A stretch of DNA of 61,490 bases, the filler included. It is 7 parts of 7 records of this genome, joined end to end, with 100 filler letters (N's around TTAATTAATTAA, not from the genome) between each part and the next. Parts side by side here need not be neighbours in the genome. Positions count along the whole stretch, not along the records: positions 55,905 to 61,490 come from SRR31156797_15922; 6 more parts are not named here. One strand, written 5' to 3'. Both the position numbers and the translations under genes were made by a program. The notes under the pieces are model-generated. The model had not been told where the DNA came from. It ran no database searches and saw only the letters and a program-made list of their open reading frames with translations. Below are positions 59,341 through 61,490 of the stretch, piece by piece. The first letter of the stretch is position 1; every line of letters starts with the position of its first letter.

Positions 59341-60969
59341 TTATTTATCTATTACAAACTCCCTATTAAAATGGATTTTGTAGTTCTTTGTAATATTTTT
59401 AAAAACTAATTTAGTAAATATATCATATGTAAACATATCACCACATAAACTTACACCTTCAACTTCATAAAGGTCGTTTACTGTATCAACTTCACTTGCT
59501 GTAAAACTTGCTAAACTATCTATAAAACCTAAAGATAAAGTAACTTCATCAACTCCAGCAAGCTTAAAACTCATAGCTGATTTAAACATAGAAACATAAT
59601 CAAACTCTCTTAATGAAAGCTTCTCATTCTCTATCATTTTAAAATCAACTCTAGGTCCTTTTTCTAAATGACAATTTTGTGCATTTGTCAAAATATCATT
59701 TTCAAAACCTAAAATCTCTTTTGCTACTTTAAAATATGATAAAAATGATTTTGTCTTTATTGACTCTAAATCAAAAGATAAAGAGTTTTCATACTCAAGC
59801 AAGAACTTCTCTTTATAGTTTTCTAAAAGTCTATCTCCACTTTTTGATTCACTTATTTGTTTATATAGTTCACTCATATCTTTAGGTAAAGAAAAGTTTG
59901 TTGAAATATCAACAAAACCATTTAACTCTTCAGAATAAAAAGTAAATCTATCATCATTTTTTCTTGAGATATAAAAGTTCAAAATAGCTTTATCAAAAAG
60001 CATATTTTCAGATAATACAGTCATAAACTGAGCTTTATTCTTCTCTTCAAATCTATTATAAACAACATCAAGATTTTTTGAGTAAGTATTTGAAGAAAGA
60101 ATAAATTTTCTATTTTCACAATACATTATTTTAGGAATATCTATATTTACACTATCTTCAGTTTTTACATCTAAAAAAGAATCATAAGAAGAGTTTTCAT
60201 CTTCTATTTTTAAAAAATCTATTTCATATTTTTCAAGCTCTTTTGAAAGTAAATAAAGAGTTAAATCATTTGCAACTCTTATATCTATATACTCTTTAGA
60301 AGCTTTTTCTTTCATCTTATAGATTTCATTTACCCTAAAAGTAATAAGAGGTTTTTCAATACTTGCTAATGCGACTATTGATTGTTTTTCTTCAACAACT
60401 AAAGATGAAATATTTTTTAAATTTGTACATAAAACTGTTTTACTCTCATCCAAAGAATCAAGTTTTTGAAAAACAAATGTCCCACTAATTGTTTTTATTT
60501 TAATTTTTTTATTATCATTTATAAAAGAGGCTAATTTTTCAAAAAGCTCTTTTGAAGATTTTTCTTCTTTTTCATCTAATAAAAATGTTGCATTTTCAAA
60601 TGTCTTACAGGCCTTGCAGAACTTAAACGCATTATAATAGTTAGCATTTGTTTTATCCTCAACTTGTTCTAAACAAGTAGGACAAAAAGAGTTTAATGCT
60701 TGCTCTTCAGCTTTTACACTTTCAAGCTTTGGCATAGTTTTTACAACGTCAACTTCAAGTCCTTCATAGTAAATTGACATTGGTAGATATTTAGATAGAT
60801 TATTTGATAACTCTTCTAAAACTTCCTCTTTTGCTTCAACTAATAAATAAACATGCTCCAAATCCTGCAAGATTTTATATTCACACTCATAGTTTTCAAT
60901 AAACAAATGTAAAATATTTACATAAGTTTTATTTGTAGCTTTATATTTGAACTTAAATTTTAGGACCAT
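59341..60969 (-). CDS. hydE: HydE-like hydrogenase accessory protein (degenerate HypF-like)
   Basis: Position between hydD and hypF, as in Campylobacterota hyd operons; 'FCPTCL..CKACK', 'ALASIEKP', 'SLCGDMF'. Confidence 0.7.
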   Translation of the reverse strand: MVLKFKFKYKATNKTYVNILHLFIENYECEYKILQDLEHVYLLVEAKEEVLEELSNNLSKYLPMSIYYEGLEVDVVKTMPKLESVKAEEQALNSFCPTCLEQVEDKTNANYYNAFKFCKACKTFENATFLLDEKEEKSSKELFEKLASFINDNKKIKIKTISGTFVFQKLDSLDESKTVLCTNLKNISSLVVEEKQSIVALASIEKPLITFRVNEIYKMKEKASKEYIDIRVANDLTLYLLSKELEKYEIDFLKIEDENSSYDSFLDVKTEDSVNIDIPKIMYCENRKFILSSNTYSKNLDVVYNRFEEKNKAQFMTVLSENMLFDKAILNFYISRKNDDRFTFYSEELNGFVDISTNFSLPKDMSELYKQISESKSGDRLLENYKEKFLLEYENSLSFDLESIKTKSFLSYFKVAKEILGFENDILTNAQNCHLEKGPRVDFKMIENEKLSLREFDYVSMFKSAMSFKLAGVDEVTLSLGFIDSLASFTASEVDTVNDLYEVEGVSLCGDMFTYDIFTKLVFKNITKNYKIHFNREFVIDK

Positions 60970-61489
60970 TTATAATATCTCTTTTAAAAGAAACTTGAGC
61001 AATATGCTCTATTGTTGTTTCATTTTTTATTTTTGTTTTAATATCTAAAGTATCAAGGTGTTTGACTACCACATCCTCCATTAGCTTGACGGCACTAATA
61101 ATCTCTTTACTTAACTCAAACGTAGTATCATCAGCTACTCTTTTAGGAATAACTCCTAATACATTTGTTTGTGGTAAATCTTTATTCATATCAATCATAT
61201 TTAGTGTTTGAAGCATCTCTACTTCATGGGCACTTCCTTGCCAATTGATATGTGATGGAGCCTTGTGATAGTCAAAGAAATAAACATCTCCTGGTTTTGA
61301 GTTATCTGCATCAATACAGTCAACTACAATAACCTCATCATACTTTACAATTTCAGGAATAAGCCTTTGAGCCAAAGTTCCACCATCAACAATACTAACA
61401 GTAGAGTCTTTTGCCTCAAACTCATATTTCTCATCTAAATAGTGAATAAAATGAGCCCCTATTCCTTCATCTTGGAATAGGATATTTCC
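60953..61489 (-). CDS. hydD: Hydrogenase maturation endopeptidase, HyaD/HybD family (5'-partial)
   Basis: Frame extends to the window edge: 'GNILFQDEGIG', 'VDGGTL', 'IVVDC', 'SAHE'. Confidence 0.92.
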   Translation of the reverse strand, partial: GNILFQDEGIGAHFIHYLDEKYEFEAKDSTVSIVDGGTLAQRLIPEIVKYDEVIVVDCIDADNSKPGDVYFFDYHKAPSHINWQGSAHEVEMLQTLNMIDMNKDLPQTNVLGVIPKRVADDTTFELSKEIISAVKLMEDVVVKHLDTLDIKTKIKNETTIEHIAQVSFKRDIINGPKI

Positions 61490-61490
61490 T

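Overview
This window is not one locus. It is seven unrelated contigs joined by artificial 100-bp spacers (44 N + TTAATTAATTAA + 44 N), so it looks like a concatenated metagenome or multi-genome assembly. Taxon names below are impressions from gene content, composition and promoter style, not database results. Contig 1 (1-11720, Desulfobacterales-like): a sigma54-type promoter precedes a 1418-aa usher-like protein with three C-terminal SPOR repeats, then a GT-C-like/TPR membrane protein, GT2, AsnB-type amidotransferase and GT4. Contig 2 (11821-20475, Desulfovibrionaceae-like): class II aldolase, MarC, hybrid kinase with degenerate ATPase domain, CheW, MCP, Hpt and a CgeB-like glycosyltransferase. 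Contig 3 (20576-26246, AT-rich, Fusobacteriota-like): NHL protein, murI, ruvA, two paralogous prepilins, ComEC and a site-2 protease. Contig 4 (26347-35500, Bacteroidales): T9SS M1 peptidase, Ig-like lipoprotein, ArsR, ade, mscS, glyQS and an unannotated Bacteroidales-1/6S-like ncRNA. Contig 5 (35601-44061, AT-rich): six-PAS sensor kinase, intact and degenerate REC-HD-GYP pair, degenerate AttH/CrtC-like protein, and an HTH + Cys-rich microgene cassette preceded by a hairpin array. Contig 6 (44162-55804, Bacteroidales): two GH29, GH78, folE, DUF2202, PQQ-type beta-propeller, dus and partial trhO. Contig 7 (55905-61490, Arcobacter-like): NSS transporter, hypF, hydE and partial hydD. No CRISPR array, tRNA, rRNA or transposase was recognised. 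The best novelty candidates are the usher-SPOR/glycosylation operon, the duplicated GGCAA-loop hairpin leader, the 6S-like RNA, and HydE as a degenerate HypF paralog.
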